Positions 49,311-63,336 are shown, numbered from the stretch's first letter. The stretch is DNA of 64,000 bases from Camelus dromedarius (GCF_036321535.1 NC_087436.1:95668001-95732000); one strand, 5' to 3'. Program-made: numbers and translations. The notes: generated by a model not told the origin, from the sequence alone.

Positions 49311-50747
49311 TTCCTTTTTTTTTTTACCGCAGTAAAGACTATTGTGATTCATCTTCTTACACACAAATCTTTGTGTATGCTTCTGATTATTTTTTTAGAG
49401 TGTATTTCTGGTAGTGGAGTTAATGAGTCAAAAGGCAAATGTTTTTAAGTTTCTTAAAACCACGTGCTTCTGCAACCTCTCTTTATATTGAGACTTCTCT
49501 TTAGAATTATAAAAGAAGCAATGACAGAGACCTAGATTTTGAGGCAATTTAAATATCATTTTTTCAAAACTTAAAGAGGCTCAAGACTTTTAAGGGTTAC
49601 TTATATCTGAACTGTCTGGGCTTCTCCACACCTTAGACCCTAACTAGCCTTTCGCACCTCCCACCCCAAACACTTCCATGCAATTTGTTATTCAAGAATT
49701 ATTTCTTGAGTCACAGGATTTTAGGGCAAGAAGGAAACTTGGTGATGAAGTGTGCCTTCCAGAGATGTAACTGACTGACCCTAAGCCTCAGAGTGAGTTC
49801 GTGTTCAAGCTAAGATAAAACCTGCATCTCCCTATTCCTGTGTCTGCAATCAAAATTACTCCCAAAATGAAATGTGCCTGCAGGGCTTTGTGACCTCAGA
49901 ACTCAAGGTAGCAGTTTTAAAACAAACATCCTTGTAGATGGCTGTGAGCATTCACTGAGCTGATAAACGTATAGTGCACAGGACAGCGCTGGAACAGCGT
50001 TTGCAATGGACACTGCTTTGGTGGCGGAGCAAGGGGAGGGTCCCAAGACCAGATGTGGGCCTGTGGGAAAGGGAGAAGATGCCGGGTGGGGTGGTCTTGG
50101 GTCCTATAGGCATAGGCAGAGTCCTCAGCAGAACGGGGCTGCCATTATACCCCCGGACGCCCAGGAGCTGCGGCAGGAGTCGCACGAGACCACCCAGAGG
50201 GATGGAGACCTTCGGCCCCGGGCAAGGGAGTCACAGGAGACAGAGGCCCAGCTGGAGGCCTCTGCAGAGCCCATGCCAGGCCCAGCTTTAATCACACGCC
50301 AGGCCACTCCATGGAGGCTGGTGGCCCCAAGGGCTTCAGCCCCCTGGGCACGTGAGACCTATCTTATTCCCTTACCTCTCCCCTTTCTGGGCTTCATTCC
50401 AGGCCTGGAGGGAAACAGCAGCTGGCAAGGTGAGGAGGTGAGCAGAACCAGAGGAGAGGAAGAGGACCGGGCCCCCCTCTCCCAGGGCAGGCGCACAGGG
50501 AGGAGAGAAGATGGAAGGCTCAGCTGTAGGGTTTTATCCATCACCTGGGATGTGGAAGGCTAAGATCCGAAGTGAGCCTACTTTTTGCAGCTCAAGGGAT
50601 TTTTTTATTGCCTGGATGTTACAGTAAGTTCCTTGGCTTGCCCAAGTCATCACTGCGGGTAGAGGGTTTCTGCTGCTAGCAAATAAAATTTAAAGAGACA
50701 ATGCGGGACCCCACAAAACTCGGATCTGCCCCTACTGCTCTCAGGGA

Positions 50748-50830
50748 GTAGACAGATGACAGATAGATACATACATCATACACAGGGGGATACAGAGGTA
50801 CACGGAGACATAGGTACATGGATGATAGAT

Positions 50831-50866
<36 letters not shown>
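50748..50866. repeat. (GATA)n/(GACA)n microsatellite
   Basis: Directly visible. Confidence 0.9.
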
Positions 50867-50867
<1 letters not shown>

Positions 50868-51294
50868 GAAGAAGAGTTGTATTTTGTTCACAATCCCTGT
50901 TCCGGGCATTTCCACTGTGCCAACTACATGTAATTTTAATTTAATAGTCATTCTGGCTTGCATCACACAAGCCTGCTATTTTTCTAGATAACCATTTTCT
51001 ACTAACACTTTTATTCCACTCATGCTCATTCACTCATGAGTTAAAAGGAGTTTGGGGGGTTCCCTTCCTAATTGCTCACACAGTAGTTTTATTTTTTGTG
51101 ATCCTTTCACTCACTCAAGCCCAGTAATATGCACTACCTAGGCCAATGCCACTCTGACCTCGACTTAAGCTTACATTGCAATCGATCATTAACCCCTAAT
51201 GTCTCCAAGCCATAGAGTCCTACACAGCGTTTTCATGGTCCTCGAGGCCTTCCCCATCACCTCCCTCTGACAGCCTGTACAGGTTCCATTTCGT

Positions 51295-51640
51295 CAGTTC
51301 ATTCATTCATTCATCATTTGTTAGATCGTGTGTTCTCTTTTGCCAATCACCCTGAGGGTGCTGGATATAAACTTGAAATCTGAGGGACGCAGTCCCTGCC
51401 CTCAAGGCACCTCCCATCTACTATTCCATGATTCAGTGGATATGAAATCATTGTGATAATAGATGATAAGGACAATGTTGGTGTTACAGTCGGAACACAG
51501 GAGGAAATAATTAACTCTCCTGGGTAGATCAGATGAGCTTTACAGAAGAGAAGACCAAGGAGCTGGAAGGATCAGTAGAACTTTCCCAGGCAGCTGAAAA
51601 GCATGGGGCAGGCAGAGGGGAAGCACTGTGAGCCCTGAAG
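51295..51640 (-). mobile_element. L2 3' region
   Basis: 'ttcattcattcattca...gggtgctggatata...cagtccctgccctcaagg'. Confidence 0.7.
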
Positions 51641-52049
51641 CCTTGGAAGATGAACGTAGCTAAGGTTTATCTTTCCCTCCAATCACAAGTCCAGTGCAGG
51701 TCAGCTGATTAGGGGATGGGGAAGAGAAACAGGGGTCAGGGCTCCACTCTACACAGTCACCTCAGACCCAGGCTAGTGGCATCCGTGCATTCTTACATCC
51801 GCGCCTTCCAAGTTGGAACACGCAGCTTCTAAGCTGGCATCGCAGGAAACAAGCTGGGAGGTAACACGCTGGCCCTCCAATGGTTCGGCACAGAGGTGAT
51901 ACAAATCACGTCCAATTGCAGCACACTGAGTAAAACTAATCACACATCTCACCAGGTTGTGAAATGCACAGGAACACACGGCTGTTCCACGAATAGTGTC
52001 CCTGCTATGAGCCCAAGGGCATAAGGCCATTCCTGAGGTTTAGGAAACT

Positions 52050-52558
52050 GGATGGTTCAAGATGGAGACGAGAGTGCAGAGAGGCGTTATCAGGTGCTGG
52101 GTCAGGAAAAGCTGGGAGGAGATGATGAAGTCTTGCATGCCACGCAGGGGAGCTTGGACCACCTTACGTGTAGAACAGGGCCTTTGAAGAGTTTTAAACA
52201 CTGTTTCACGGTCATGTTTGTGTTTTAACCGCATGTCTCATGCAGCAACATGGAGGGTGATTTGGAAGGGATTGAAATAGGAGGCAGAAAGACCAGTTTG
52301 ATTCCCGCAATTGTCTGGATTAAAGATGGAGGAACTAAAATACCGTCATTGGGGAATGAATATGAGAAATGTCAAAGAGATAGTCAACAGAATGCCATGA
52401 CCGATTAGATATGGAAGAAGGAAAAGAAAGGGATGACTTCCTATTCTTCTCCTTAGACGGCCTTTGGTTCCACCGATAAGGAATACAGGAGGATGTGTGG
52501 ATGTGGGGAAGAGGCCTGAGGGCAATTTGGTACCTGGGTTTGAGTCATCTGTTGTGCC
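52050..52558 (-). mobile_element. L2 fragment interrupted by MLT1
   Basis: 'gtcttgcatgccacgcaggggagcttggac...ggaggcagaaagaccagtt'; resumes after the LTR as 'ggcatccaggtggag'. Confidence 0.7.
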
Positions 52559-52974
52559 CGATATGGGTTGTGTTGTGTTCTCCCCATAAAAGCATATGGT
52601 CAAGTCATAACCTTTGATAACTCAGACTGTGACTTTTGTTGGAAGTAAGGTGGTAGTAATTAGTTAAGATGGGGTCACCTGGAGTAGAGTGGCCCCTTAA
52701 TGACTGATGTCCTTATAAGAAGAGGGCTATGTGACTATGGAGGCAGATATTGGAGTAATGATTCTACAAGCCAAGGAACACCGAGGACTGCCAGGAAACA
52801 CCAGAAGCTAGAAGAGGCAAGAAAGTATTCTCCTACACGTGTTTCAGAGGGAGCATGGCCCTGCAGACACCTTGACTTCAGACTTCTAGCCTCCAGAACT
52901 GTGAGACAATACATTTCTGTTGTTTCAAGCCAGCTTGTGGTACTTGGTCACAGCATCCCTAAGAAACGAGCACA
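52559..52974 (+). mobile_element. MLT1C-like ERVL-MaLR solo LTR
   Basis: 'tgactgatgtccttataagaagaggg...caagccaaggaacacc...ccagaagctagaagaggcaag...cagacaccttgacttcagacttctagcctccagaactgtgagacaata'. Confidence 0.93.
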
Positions 52975-53249
52975 GGCATCCAGGTGGAGCTGTGCAGCTG
53001 AAAGGTGTGGATGAGGTCAGACCAGTCTGCTTCCAAAAGCCCAGCGAGGGGTTACTAAGGACACACAGGATCCTGGGCAGGTGCTGGAAGAGATTTCTTC
53101 TCCCTGGGGTGGAGAGGAGGAGAGGGGTTTGGACAGAGAAATTTCATGATGAGGATGACATTTGAAGAGGGCTTTGGAGAATAAGTAGGACACTTTCTCT
53201 CTCTTAGCTGATGATAAACACATGAGAGCCCAGTCTACCTGTCTCTTCA

Positions 53250-54120
53250 AGTATCTGACAAATATTTATTTAGCACTTCGCTTGAGGCTCTGTGCTAGGC
53301 TCCGAGAATAGAACGGTGAGCAAAACAGCCACAGCCCCTATTCCTACACAACGAACAGTCTAACGGGGAGACAGACTAATGTCTGTCAATACAAATAACC
53401 ACCCAGAAAAATATGTAAGCATCACTCTGATACGTGATATGAAAGGAAATTACCAAGTGTTAAGAGAACATATTGCAAGGAAGTTGTTCAAGCCTGCAGG
53501 CTGTGAAAGCCTTTTTGAGGAAGTGATGTTTGAGCTGTGATCTGAAGTTAAAGGAGGTCATTTTAGGTGAGGAGGGAAGGGAAGAGACGGTCCAGGCACA
53601 GGCTCTGCAGGGCCAGGGGAGGGCTCGTGCAGATTTGAGGATCTGAGAGACAGCCAGTGTCACTGCAGGACAGAAAAAGGGAAGAGCCGAGGCTGGGAGC
53701 AGACAGTGGGGGTGGCTCACAGGACCTCGAACAGTTCGGTCTTCATCCCACAAGCAGCAGATGGAAGGGAAGGCAATCAGTGAAGCTCAGCAGGGGTGCC
53801 GAGAGACAAGACCAGATCTGGGTTTCTTGTTGTTGTTTCTCAGATCACCTTGATGAGAAGGGTGGGAGAAAGTCGAGAATGGAAGCAAATAGAACCATTA
53901 AGAAACATGTAATTTACAGTACAGGAATTATTCCACAATAAAGGCGTTCCAAAAAAAAAAAGGGAGAAGAAGGGTTTAAAAAAAATAAAGAGAAAATCTT
54001 ACACTGGTTCAGCTTAGAGAGGATGGTGGCTTGAACAAGGTGGTCACAGTGGAGAAGGTGGATTTAAGGTGTTTCTTGGGGCACTCAGTGAAAGCATGAA
54101 ATGAATGAATGAATGAATGA
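53250..54120 (-). mobile_element. L2 (long fragment) and adjacent (GAAT)n
   Basis: 'caaatatttatttagcac...ctgtgctaggc...gaggaagtgatgtttgagctg...ggatggtggcttgaacaagg'. Confidence 0.8.
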
Positions 54121-55819
54121 AACTAATGGTCTGTATATGCAGCTATTCCTCTCTGTCTTCAGGTTTTACAACACTGTCTCTCTGGAAGGTGAAATTGATG
54201 GCTCCATGCAGAACGTCTTGATATCTGATAATGAAGACCCAGTCTAGGAAGAAGGGGAACTTAAATGGTGTTCTGGAAGATGGTGAGACTCCCTCCAGCT
54301 GGGCAGAAGGAAGAAGAGAGAACAAGAGGTTGGACCCCTGCAGACTTTCACAGGCCATGGAGGACCCAAGGCAAGGACTTAACTGGAGAAAGGGGTCCCT
54401 CCATTACCTGCCTGCCAGTAAGCTTCTCTCCTGATATTCTCTAGGGAGCCTGACTCTGTGTTCAGAGGGAGCATAACGTTGGATTGTACTCCCCCAAGGC
54501 ACCCTGCAAGACAATGTTATCACCTAGAGAGCGCCAACGCTCCTGTAGGCAGATTTTCCTCCTCTGTTGCCCTTAAACTCTGGACACAGGGATGAGAATG
54601 GAGACCAGATGAGGGCCTTTGCACTCTTTGAGAGGGTGTGCTTCTTCTCGGGGGTGTGGGGCACACCTGAAGTTCTCCTGCGAACCAGGTTCCCAGCTCC
54701 TGAGGTCCTGGGTGCCAAGAGCCTTGGCCAGCTTTTGCAACTGGGGATGTGTTGAGTTCAAATTGTTCACTCCGTTGGGTACCTAATTCGATCTAAGATA
54801 CTGCACGAGGTGGGCCTCATATTCCTTTCCTCTTCCCTCATGCCAGAGAAGGATGGCGATCAGAGGAATGAAAGGCAGTTGGCCGTCTTTGAATACCCAG
54901 AGTGTCTCACAGCCAATACAACCTGAAGAATATGGATAGACTGCTTCAAATCTTACCTCCTTTACTATTGTTCAACAAACACCAGAAGGACTCGGTGCAT
55001 CTAATATAAAAATTGAATAATATGTTTTCCTCCTAATTAACCATGAAATAAAAGCTACTTATAAAGTGAACAGACGACTCAATATTTGTTTAACGATGAC
55101 ATCATATTCACATTTTTGCTGAAATTCCAATGATTTGGAGCTCCCCTTGCCAAACGACAGGCCCTGAGAACTCCTTTAGAATTTTCCCATTATTCTTGGG
55201 CAATCCCAAAGGGGTGTTGGTGTCTTGGCCACAAGGATCACACAGCATTGTCTACTGGCTTTTTCTGCAGAAAAAGTCCACCAAGCAGACCCTTAAGAAA
55301 CTTCCCTTTCACCACTGCTGATAATGCGAGACTGTCATGAGTCCCAGGTACATGCACAGAGAAGTGTTATCTACTCATTTACTCTTTGACTAACTGCATC
55401 AGAGCCTCTGCCCCACCCACCCAGATACACACACGTGCACACACACACACATGCAAATGCAAATTATTGTATGCATAGAAAAGGAGCTAAAAGGTCACAC
55501 ATCAAGGACTTTTAATAATGGTGAAAACTCCTGGAGCATGAGTGTTTGAATGTTTCTCGTTTTTGTCTGCTGACATACCCACTTGCTTCGCTTTTGTGCC
55601 ATCATTTTATCTTGTAATGCTCTTTTTATCATGTATTAATATATATTTAATATTTCATTATGTGGTGCTTTCATTTTAAAATACCATCTTTGATGTTATC
55701 ATTTGGCTGATAACTGGAAGTTCTTCCATTTATTTTGGTCTTCCCGCAGGTTGCACTGAACCCTTCAGGAACTGTTCTTTGAGTGTTTTCTGGCTTTGCA
55801 TTTCAACCTAATATGGAAG

Positions 55820-56030
55820 CTGTTGAGAGCTGGTGTCCCAGGCGCTGTGCCAAGCACTTTCTCTGTGTTGGGCCATGCCACCCTCCCCAGCACTCTGGGG
55901 GGACACTGTAATCCCCACTACACTGACAAGGAAGCAACCCTCAGAGGGAATGTAAGCCATCAGGCAGCATGTGATTGATGCCAGATGCACGGTGCAGAGA
56001 CCTAAGTTCTATGGGAGCTGCGAGGTCTAG
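55820..56030 (-). mobile_element. MIR SINE
   Basis: 'ccaggcgctgtgccaagcacttt...atccccactacactgacaaggaagc...ctcagagg'. Confidence 0.65.
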
Positions 56031-57512
56031 AGCCCTTCTGGGGCGTCTGTTAAGGTACTAGTTTGAGGGCTCCCTCAGGCACTGGCCAGCTGGACTCCCC
56101 ACTCTCAGAGAAAGATCTTTCCTCTTCCCCCAACCTCCTACATCCTGGAAGAAACAGGGAAGGGCTGGGCCTCTCTGGGGAAGCTTGCCCACTCCCCACC
56201 CCGAGGCAGAGAGTCAGCAGAACTCAGCCAGCCTATGTTCAGAGAGGCTGTGGTCCTGCCAAGTGTGCCCCACCCAACCTCCTGTAAGAGCTTAAGAAGT
56301 CAACAGGCCCAGAAAATCAGGCAGGCCTTCTTGGGGTAGGGAAAGGAAAAAAACCCTGCAGCTGCCACTTAATTGGCATTCTAAACAGCCAGAGGCTTCC
56401 AAGCACAGAAATGAATTAAATAAGCTTCTTTTCCCCTTCAGGGTGGAGAACAGCCTCCAGGTCTCCACCCAAGTCACACCCTAGCAGCGGCTATTTATAA
56501 TATCTAGGTGCCAGATGGAACCTGCCAGGGTGAAACAGAAAACAGAGGGCTGGACAACAAAGTCTCCCCAAGCCTGGTGATGCCGGGAGCAGATGCCAAC
56601 CCCCACTGAGCACCTGGGGACCGACCGCAGGACCCAGGACCCTGTGCCTCGCTGACCGTCCTGCCCAAGTGGCACTTCCCCAGGCAGCAGAGGGCTTCAG
56701 AGAGCGGGCTGGATGCTTCTTTCACATTCCACAGCCTGCAGCACAGGGCTGGGAGCTGGGCAGGGACTCAGGCTGTACCTGTTGGACAAGGAGCAGCCAG
56801 CAGAGTCCAGGAAAGCTTGCCTGGGCCAGCAGCCAGCTGTGGGGTGGGGCCCCGGCTCCAGGCAGAAGCTGGAACAAGGTGGCACGTGGTGGTTCAGAAG
56901 GGGGTCGTGAGGCAAACCCTGATTTCCTCTTAGCCAATGTGACTTCTGCCTGTTATTAACCCCAGAGGGAACCTGCTTCCTTATTTGTGAAACACAGGCA
57001 GTAATTAAACCAACTGAATGGAATTTTTGAGAACACTAAATAGACAGTAAGCACTTAAGATTCTTCCGCAGCCTTGAAATGGCAGCTGTTCGTATTGAAT
57101 TTTTTGTTCTGATTAAAAAATGCCTCTATGTTGGCCACTGTCTGTACCACTGTCTTGCAGGGCAAACACAGGTCCCCCTCCTCCTGGAGGGCTAACAGGC
57201 TTGGAGACAAATCACATCGCAGCCTCCCAGGTCCTGCCTCTGGTGGGCCCATGCAGACCGGAAGGCTGGCTTGAGCTAACAAGCCATGGAAACAGGCATC
57301 TGCATAAAATCCGCTCCGTATCCTGCTGCCCCTGCTCCTCTGGTCCGGCTGGTTGGCTAATGAGTTAAAACAGTTTCTCCCCAAAGGAAAAGCCCTTCTC
57401 TCATTCTCTGATGAAATCCTCCCCTCCTGTCTCAGTGCAGTGCCCCTCCTTTTCTCACCGAGCGTTCCTGACCCCCAGGCCACACTGAAGTTTCTTTCAG
57501 AGTTTCTGGAGT

Positions 57513-57800
57513 ATCACTGTCCTACAGAAATGTAATGCAGACCACAGGGGTCATTTTAAGCATTCTAGTAGCCCCGTGAATAAAAGGAAAGAGGAACAGT
57601 GAAACTAATTTTAATAGCATCTTTTACTTAACCCAATATATCAAAAAGAGTATCATTTCAAAACATAATCAACATAAACATTATTAAGGAGACGTTTTAC
57701 AGTATCCAGTGTGCATTTTATACTTACAGTACATCTCAGTTCGCTCTAGCTACATTTCAGGTGCGTGGTCTGCACGTGTGTTTTGTCTGGCATGGTCCTA
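57513..57800. mobile_element. MER33-like hAT-Charlie element
   Basis: 'cactgtcctacagaaatgtaatgc...ttctagtagcc...gtgaaactaattttaata...ttaacccaatatatc...tacttacagtacatctcagttc...gctacatttca'. Confidence 0.85.
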
Positions 57801-60310
57801 GAGCATCAGCTTGATCTGCCACTGGCTTGTCTGCAGGGGCGGCTCCAGCTTGAGTCTTTGAAGCCGCGGGCTCTGAGGTTCTGGCAAGGGTCTGCTGCAG
57901 ATCAGAGCGAGGAGTCTGGCAGGAGAGACTACAGTCTGAGTGGAGCTGGAGACGGGACACCAGGATCCCCAGCATCACACTGCGCCTCCCTTCTGTCTTC
58001 TCCCAGCCAGTCCCCCGACATTTTGGGTCCTAGTCTTGGGGTGGGGGTGGGTCGTGGGCACTGCGAATAAAACATAAAAAGCCATTTGCCCCCCAGAGAT
58101 CTGGACAGCTGTGCTTTGACCGCCCCCCCTCCCCTTCCCAATCAGGGGAGATGCTTTCTTCACCTCCCTGTGAGCTCCCACAGCTGGAGTGAAGTTTGCA
58201 GTTGGGACCAGGCTGTCACCATTGAGGAATAAAAGGAACCTCCCAGGGATGGGGTCTCACAGAGGAAGAAACAGGAAGAAAAAAGAGTGAAAGGGAAGAC
58301 GCCTCAGACCGGCCAGCTGTAAGGACACTGGCAGCCTTTTCACACAGTCTCAGAAAAGCTTCTTTGGTTTCCAAAGTATCTGCAACATTTTTAGGTTTGT
58401 GGCCTCTGAAGGCTCAGTGAGCCTCTGCATGTGAGAAATAGTTTCCAAGACATCACATGAAAAATATTTTCTTTTGGTGCTCTGAGGACCGGAGCTCACT
58501 GAGGGCTGACCCTACCGGCGAACGCAGAGCAAGGCCCTCCCTGACTGCCAAGCCGCTGGCTGCCGCACTCACCGCCATTAAAACACGGGATTACGATGCC
58601 TGCCGTGTGCAGGGAATGTGAGAACCTTCTGGAAAACCTTGGAAGGGGCCAAGATGGGACTTTGTGGCTGGTGCCTACCAGTCCTGAAGCCATGGAGGCG
58701 ACCCCTGGTTTCACACGGGTCCCCACCCTGCTGGAGACGCTGGTTTCTGGCGCAGTCCTGGAGTCTCCCAGGCCCTGATCTGGCCTAGCTTTCTGAGACA
58801 TTGGCCCCTCTATGTTGGCTGCCCATCATGCAGACTGCCAAGTCAGTTACTGAGAGGATTCGGAATCTGGGGAATAAGAAAATTCATCTCCTCTGATCTA
58901 GGGGAATTCATGGGAACAGTCTGAACAAAATGACCTCTTCCAGACAACCTGGCTGAAGAGCAGAAGCACCAGTTGCCCCAGAATTGAGCCAGTGAGCAAA
59001 GCTGGGCCTCCCCTGATTTTGTCTGGGCTACTCTTGTGTCCGGCCAAAGCAGACCACATGGACACCTTGTCCCAGAAGACGTATTTTTCCTAGAAAAAAA
59101 CCACCACAACACACTCTCTTGAAAAATAATTTCCTTTCTTCTTATCACCGTAAAAATCTCAAAAATTAAAATGCTGAGAAATTGAGGTTCTTCTGATACC
59201 TGGCCTTTTCTGGTTAACAGGAAACTCTTTTTAACCAGTGGTGCTGAAAATCTCTGTCTCATGGGCCAGGGCCTGGCCTGCTTTTAATCATACAGGACCC
59301 TGCCGGGTGTCAGGGCACTGTGATTCCAGATGGTGGGGGACGTCGATAAAAAAAAACACAGAAGCCACCGAGTCAACCCTGATTCCAGTCCTGCCGCCAG
59401 CTGCCGGAATTGTCTTTCTGTTTGGTGTTAACCAGACCCTTTAGATGAGCTGCTTTTGTTGTAGCTGTGTCCCCCTTCCCTAAAATCTAAGCATAACAAT
59501 TCAGTTCGAGGGCTCCAGTTAACAGGGTTCCACTGGAGGAGCGGGTCTAGTTGGAGCAAAACGTTTTTGGCGCACGTCGAGCGCCTGACCGCGCCACGAC
59601 TGCAGGAGGACTTCAGCACCGCTTGTCAAGGGCATTTCCATTTGGCTCCCTGTGAAGTCACAGAAGTTCTAGCTATTTCTGCAGTGTGTGACTGCCCGGT
59701 TTATTTGTCAGAACTACCCATCAGGGCTGAGCTATTCTTTTTCTGGAGCTGCTTATATGATCACAGTCATAAAATGTTTGTTTTCTTAGATCCACTTAAG
59801 CTGATAAGGCACTTTTAAATCTTGGAAGCCAGATTGCTTAGAGAGGAGATGATTTTCCTGGTAGGGGGTAAATCTGATGAACCAAGGCCTCTCCCTTGAC
59901 TGGGCCGCTACATTAAATGGGTGTGAACACCACACGCTCATCTGAGAAATGACGTGGCTGCCTTAGGAAGGTTTGCTGCCAACTCTGCTCTCTCTGGCTC
60001 ACACCCCAGCTGGGAGGTGCAGCCCCGAGGACCTGGAGAGACCGGGCCACCCCGGGAGGCAGAGGGTCGGTCGTGAACATTCCAGGGCCATTGGCCTACT
60101 TGCCACCACCCTGGGCACAAGAAGCCCAAAGAAAATATTCCAAATGAATGAGCGTTGAACAGGCTCATGGATTTAAAAACCTCAGCACAAATCTATTCGA
60201 AGTCAGGCCTGGCCCTCACAAATCTTGCTTTGCTGAGACAAAGACAAATAGAGAAGGAAATCACTATGCTGTTGAGAGCCCTGAGTGACATAGACAGAGA
60301 AAGCTGGCTG

Positions 60311-60360
60311 AGGGGAGAGGAAGGCAGGGGAGAGGAAGGCAGGGGAGAGGGGCAGGGGGA
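60311..60360. repeat. 15-bp purine-rich tandem repeat (aggggagaggaaggc) x about 3
   Basis: Directly visible. Confidence 0.9.
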
Positions 60361-60886
60361 CCTGTCAGGCAGGGCAGGCAGGGCCGGCCTCCCTGAGGAG
60401 TGACCTGAGTGGAGTGACCGGGGAAACCATGTTCTTCCCACACAGAGGCAGCAGGGGGTGCAGATGCCCCGGGATGGGGCTGTGGCCACCAGAAGGGCAG
60501 AGAGCTGGGTGTGTCTGGAGGGTGGCAGGGGAGCCAGCAATCAAGTAGGGAAGGAGGGAGAGAGTGGGGCAGTTTTTCATCAGAGACTACAGACGGTCCC
60601 CAATAGCCATTCTTCCTTCTTCCTCTTAGTGATAAAACCCCCCCATCTTTGCGGGGCTCATGGGCCTCTGCTAGTGACCCCGTCTTCCAGGCTCTTGTAC
60701 AACAAAGGGTGGCTACGTCATTAAGTTCTCGCCAATGGACCGAGACTGGAAATGGCTTCTGCTCCGTCTGGGCTCGGCACTCAGTGTGGGCAAGGTTCCT
60801 CCCTCTCTTCCAACCTTTCTTCCAGGTGGAACCAAGACCTGGAGCTAGTGAGCCACCAGGTCCCTGTAGACAGGGGAAGGCCCAGG

Positions 60887-61078
60887 CAGAGGTTCGGAAA
60901 GTAGGGTCTCTGGGCCTGCAACGTCAGCATCCACTGGAAACTTGTAGAAATGCAAACTGGCCCCCCGCCCCCCTATCCAGATCAACTGAATTAGAAACTT
61001 TGGGGGCAGTGCCCCACAATCTGTGTTCCAACAAACCCTCCAGGGGATTCTGATACATTCAGGTTTCAAAACCACCAC
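60887..61078. mobile_element. MER5A-like element
   Basis: 'cagcatccactggaaacttgtagaaatgcaaa...actgaattagaaact...aatctgtgttccaacaaaccctccaggggattctgat'. Confidence 0.88.
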
Positions 61079-61250
61079 CAGCTTTCTCACCATGGGTAAT
61101 ACTGACACCGTGGGCACTGACGTCTGCTGGGGGGTCTGTCCATGCCCTGTGGGGTGCTTAGCAGCATCTCGGGCTCTGCCCTCTAGAAGACAGTTGCACA
61201 CACCCTTCCTCTCCCCCCTAGTTGTGGCAACCCAAAATGTTTCCATATGC
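61079..61250. mobile_element. MER20-like element
   Basis: 'ttagcagcatctcgggctct...tagttgtggcaacccaaaatgtttcca'. Confidence 0.8.
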
Positions 61251-61829
61251 ATTTTGTGTAGTATGTGTATCAATTTTTGGAAGAAAAGCTAAGAAACTGA
61301 TCAAAGGGATTACCTTTGGGTAGTAGGATGCAGGTTGAGGGGGCTTTGGGGGACATCAATGTTATCTTGTATGTTCTGTCGTGTGTTCGAGTTTTTACCG
61401 TGTGTACTGCTGAAATCAATCTCTAGGCCCAAGATGGAGCCACTCCTGCCCAAGGTGCCACGCCAGCAACCAAAGCTCAGATAACATGGCCCCATAAATG
61501 CTCCCCTTCACCAGGAACGCAGTGTGTCCCGGCAGCCAACCCCCAGCAGCCGAGCTGGCTCTGGGCCTTCTCACCCCAAACAAGACTGACCATGTGGCCC
61601 CCGGGCAATCACACATTTTTCATCTGTCCCGTCCTTGCTTTTTATTCTTCGTCCTATTAAAGTTTCTTGCCTTCTGCTCCATTTTGCAGTTCTCTGAAAG
61701 GAGGCGGTTCACTTTATGAAGTGTTAGATAAAGTTTGTATCACCTAAATTGTCTTCTTTAATGATTTTTAAACAGTATGTAACATAACAGTAATGCGGAA
61801 GAAACATTTTAGAAAGACAACAGATTGAA

Positions 61830-62581
61830 AGAAAGAGTGGAAACTACATTTCTTAACCACAGTTCTAACACCAGCTCCAACGTGTGGGGGTTTTTTCCAC
61901 ACCACCAAGCAATTCTCGGATGCCAGCTGGGTCCCTTAAGTTCAACTCAGTTCTGACAACTTCTGCCTGGGGAGAGCGTCAGGCCCCACAGGTTAAGGGC
62001 ACAGTCCCACAAGACTTGCCCACCTTTGGACGCCCCACTTCACACGCCAGTTGCAAATCCCTGTTGTCACCTGTGCATCTGACTGGCTATAAATTGGAGG
62101 TTCCCCCAACCCCGTCTCTGGGTTCAATTAATTTGCTAGAGTGGCTCACATAACTGATGGAGATGCACAGAGCAAGTCAGGAAAGGGTTTGGAGCTTCCA
62201 TGCCCTCTCTGAGCACCCCACTCTCCCTGAATCTCCATGTGTGCTCCAACCTGGGAGCTCTCAAAACCCCGTCCTTCTGGGGTTTTATGGAGGCTTCATC
62301 ACATGGGCATGGTTGGTTAAATCATTGGCCATTGGTGATCGAGTCAACCTTCAGCTCCCCCGCTCCCCAGAAATCAGGAGATGGGGCTGAAAGTTCTAAC
62401 CCTCTATTCTCAGTTGGCTCCCCTGACAACCAGCATCCCCCCTTTCAGTGCTTTCTAAAATTCACCTCACTAACATAACAAACGATACTTCTATCACTTT
62501 TATCACAGAAAATCCCAGAGGTTTTAGGAGCTCTGCTGAAAGATCAGATATATATTTCTTATTATACATCACAATATCACA
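61830..62581 (-). mobile_element. MER21-like ERVL solo LTR
   Basis: Minus-strand start TGTGATATTGTGATGTATAATAAGAAATATATA; 'ggttaagggcacagtcccacaagac', 'aatttgctagagtggctcaca', 'ggttttatggaggcttcatcac...aaatcattggccattggtgat'. Confidence 0.9.
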
Positions 62582-63139
62582 CGTACGGAGGGCTTCTCAG
62601 CACATGTGACACATGCTAACACATTTTTAATCTCTATGGGGAAGCCAGATCCTGGAAATGCCAGGCCCCGTTGTGAGCTTCTTAGATGAACATTACCTTA
62701 TGAGGAAAGAAATGAGGGATTGATCCATTTGCAACTGTGAAATGATCACCATTACTGGTTGGGTAGCAAGAGTTGAAGGGTGGGCTCGGTTCACTCCCGG
62801 CTCATCACAGGGCCTTGCATGTGGTGGACTGCTAGGCATTGTTTTGTTCTGTTTTTAGCTATTGTTATATCACCGTACTCTACACTTAACATTTCTCACT
62901 GTCTAACAGTCTCTAGAATTATTCAGATTTTCGACGAATAGATTATACCATGAATGTGGAACAAAGGGAGAGGCAAGTGGCATGCCCCATGAAGTATGGA
63001 AGGTCTTCACAGCAACGGGAAAGCGCGGATACAGTAGAACTGTGGACCAAGAATAAGGAGATTCTCTTCCCAGCCTGTGACGCTAACTCAGGTGTTTTCC
63101 ATTTTGTACTTGTCCAGCAGGACTTTTCCCCTCACGTAC

Positions 63140-63336
63140 AAGTGGTTCTTAAGCTTTGGCACGCTTTAAGATCCCCTGGAATCCCTCAGAGGGCTTGTTA
63201 AAAAAAGACTGCCAGCTCCACCTTGTAGAGTTTCTGAACTAGTAAGTTGGGGTAGAGCCAGAGAATTTGCACTTTTGACAAGTTTGCAGATGCTGCTGAT
63301 GCTGTTGCTCTGGGGGTTATGCTTTGAAACCACTGC
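63140..63336. mobile_element. MER5A-like element
   Basis: Termini 'caagtggttcttaagc' and 'ctttgaaaccactg'; internal 'gagaatttgcac...gctgatgctg'. Confidence 0.85.

Noticed and set aside
50006..50563. 185-aa ORF in a GC-rich block
   Set aside because: No recognisable homology or splice context; may be an unrecognised old LTR, which I cannot assign.
60446..60500. Additional CTCF-like strings
   Set aside because: Mismatches or extra bases at core positions; frequent by chance in G-rich sequence.
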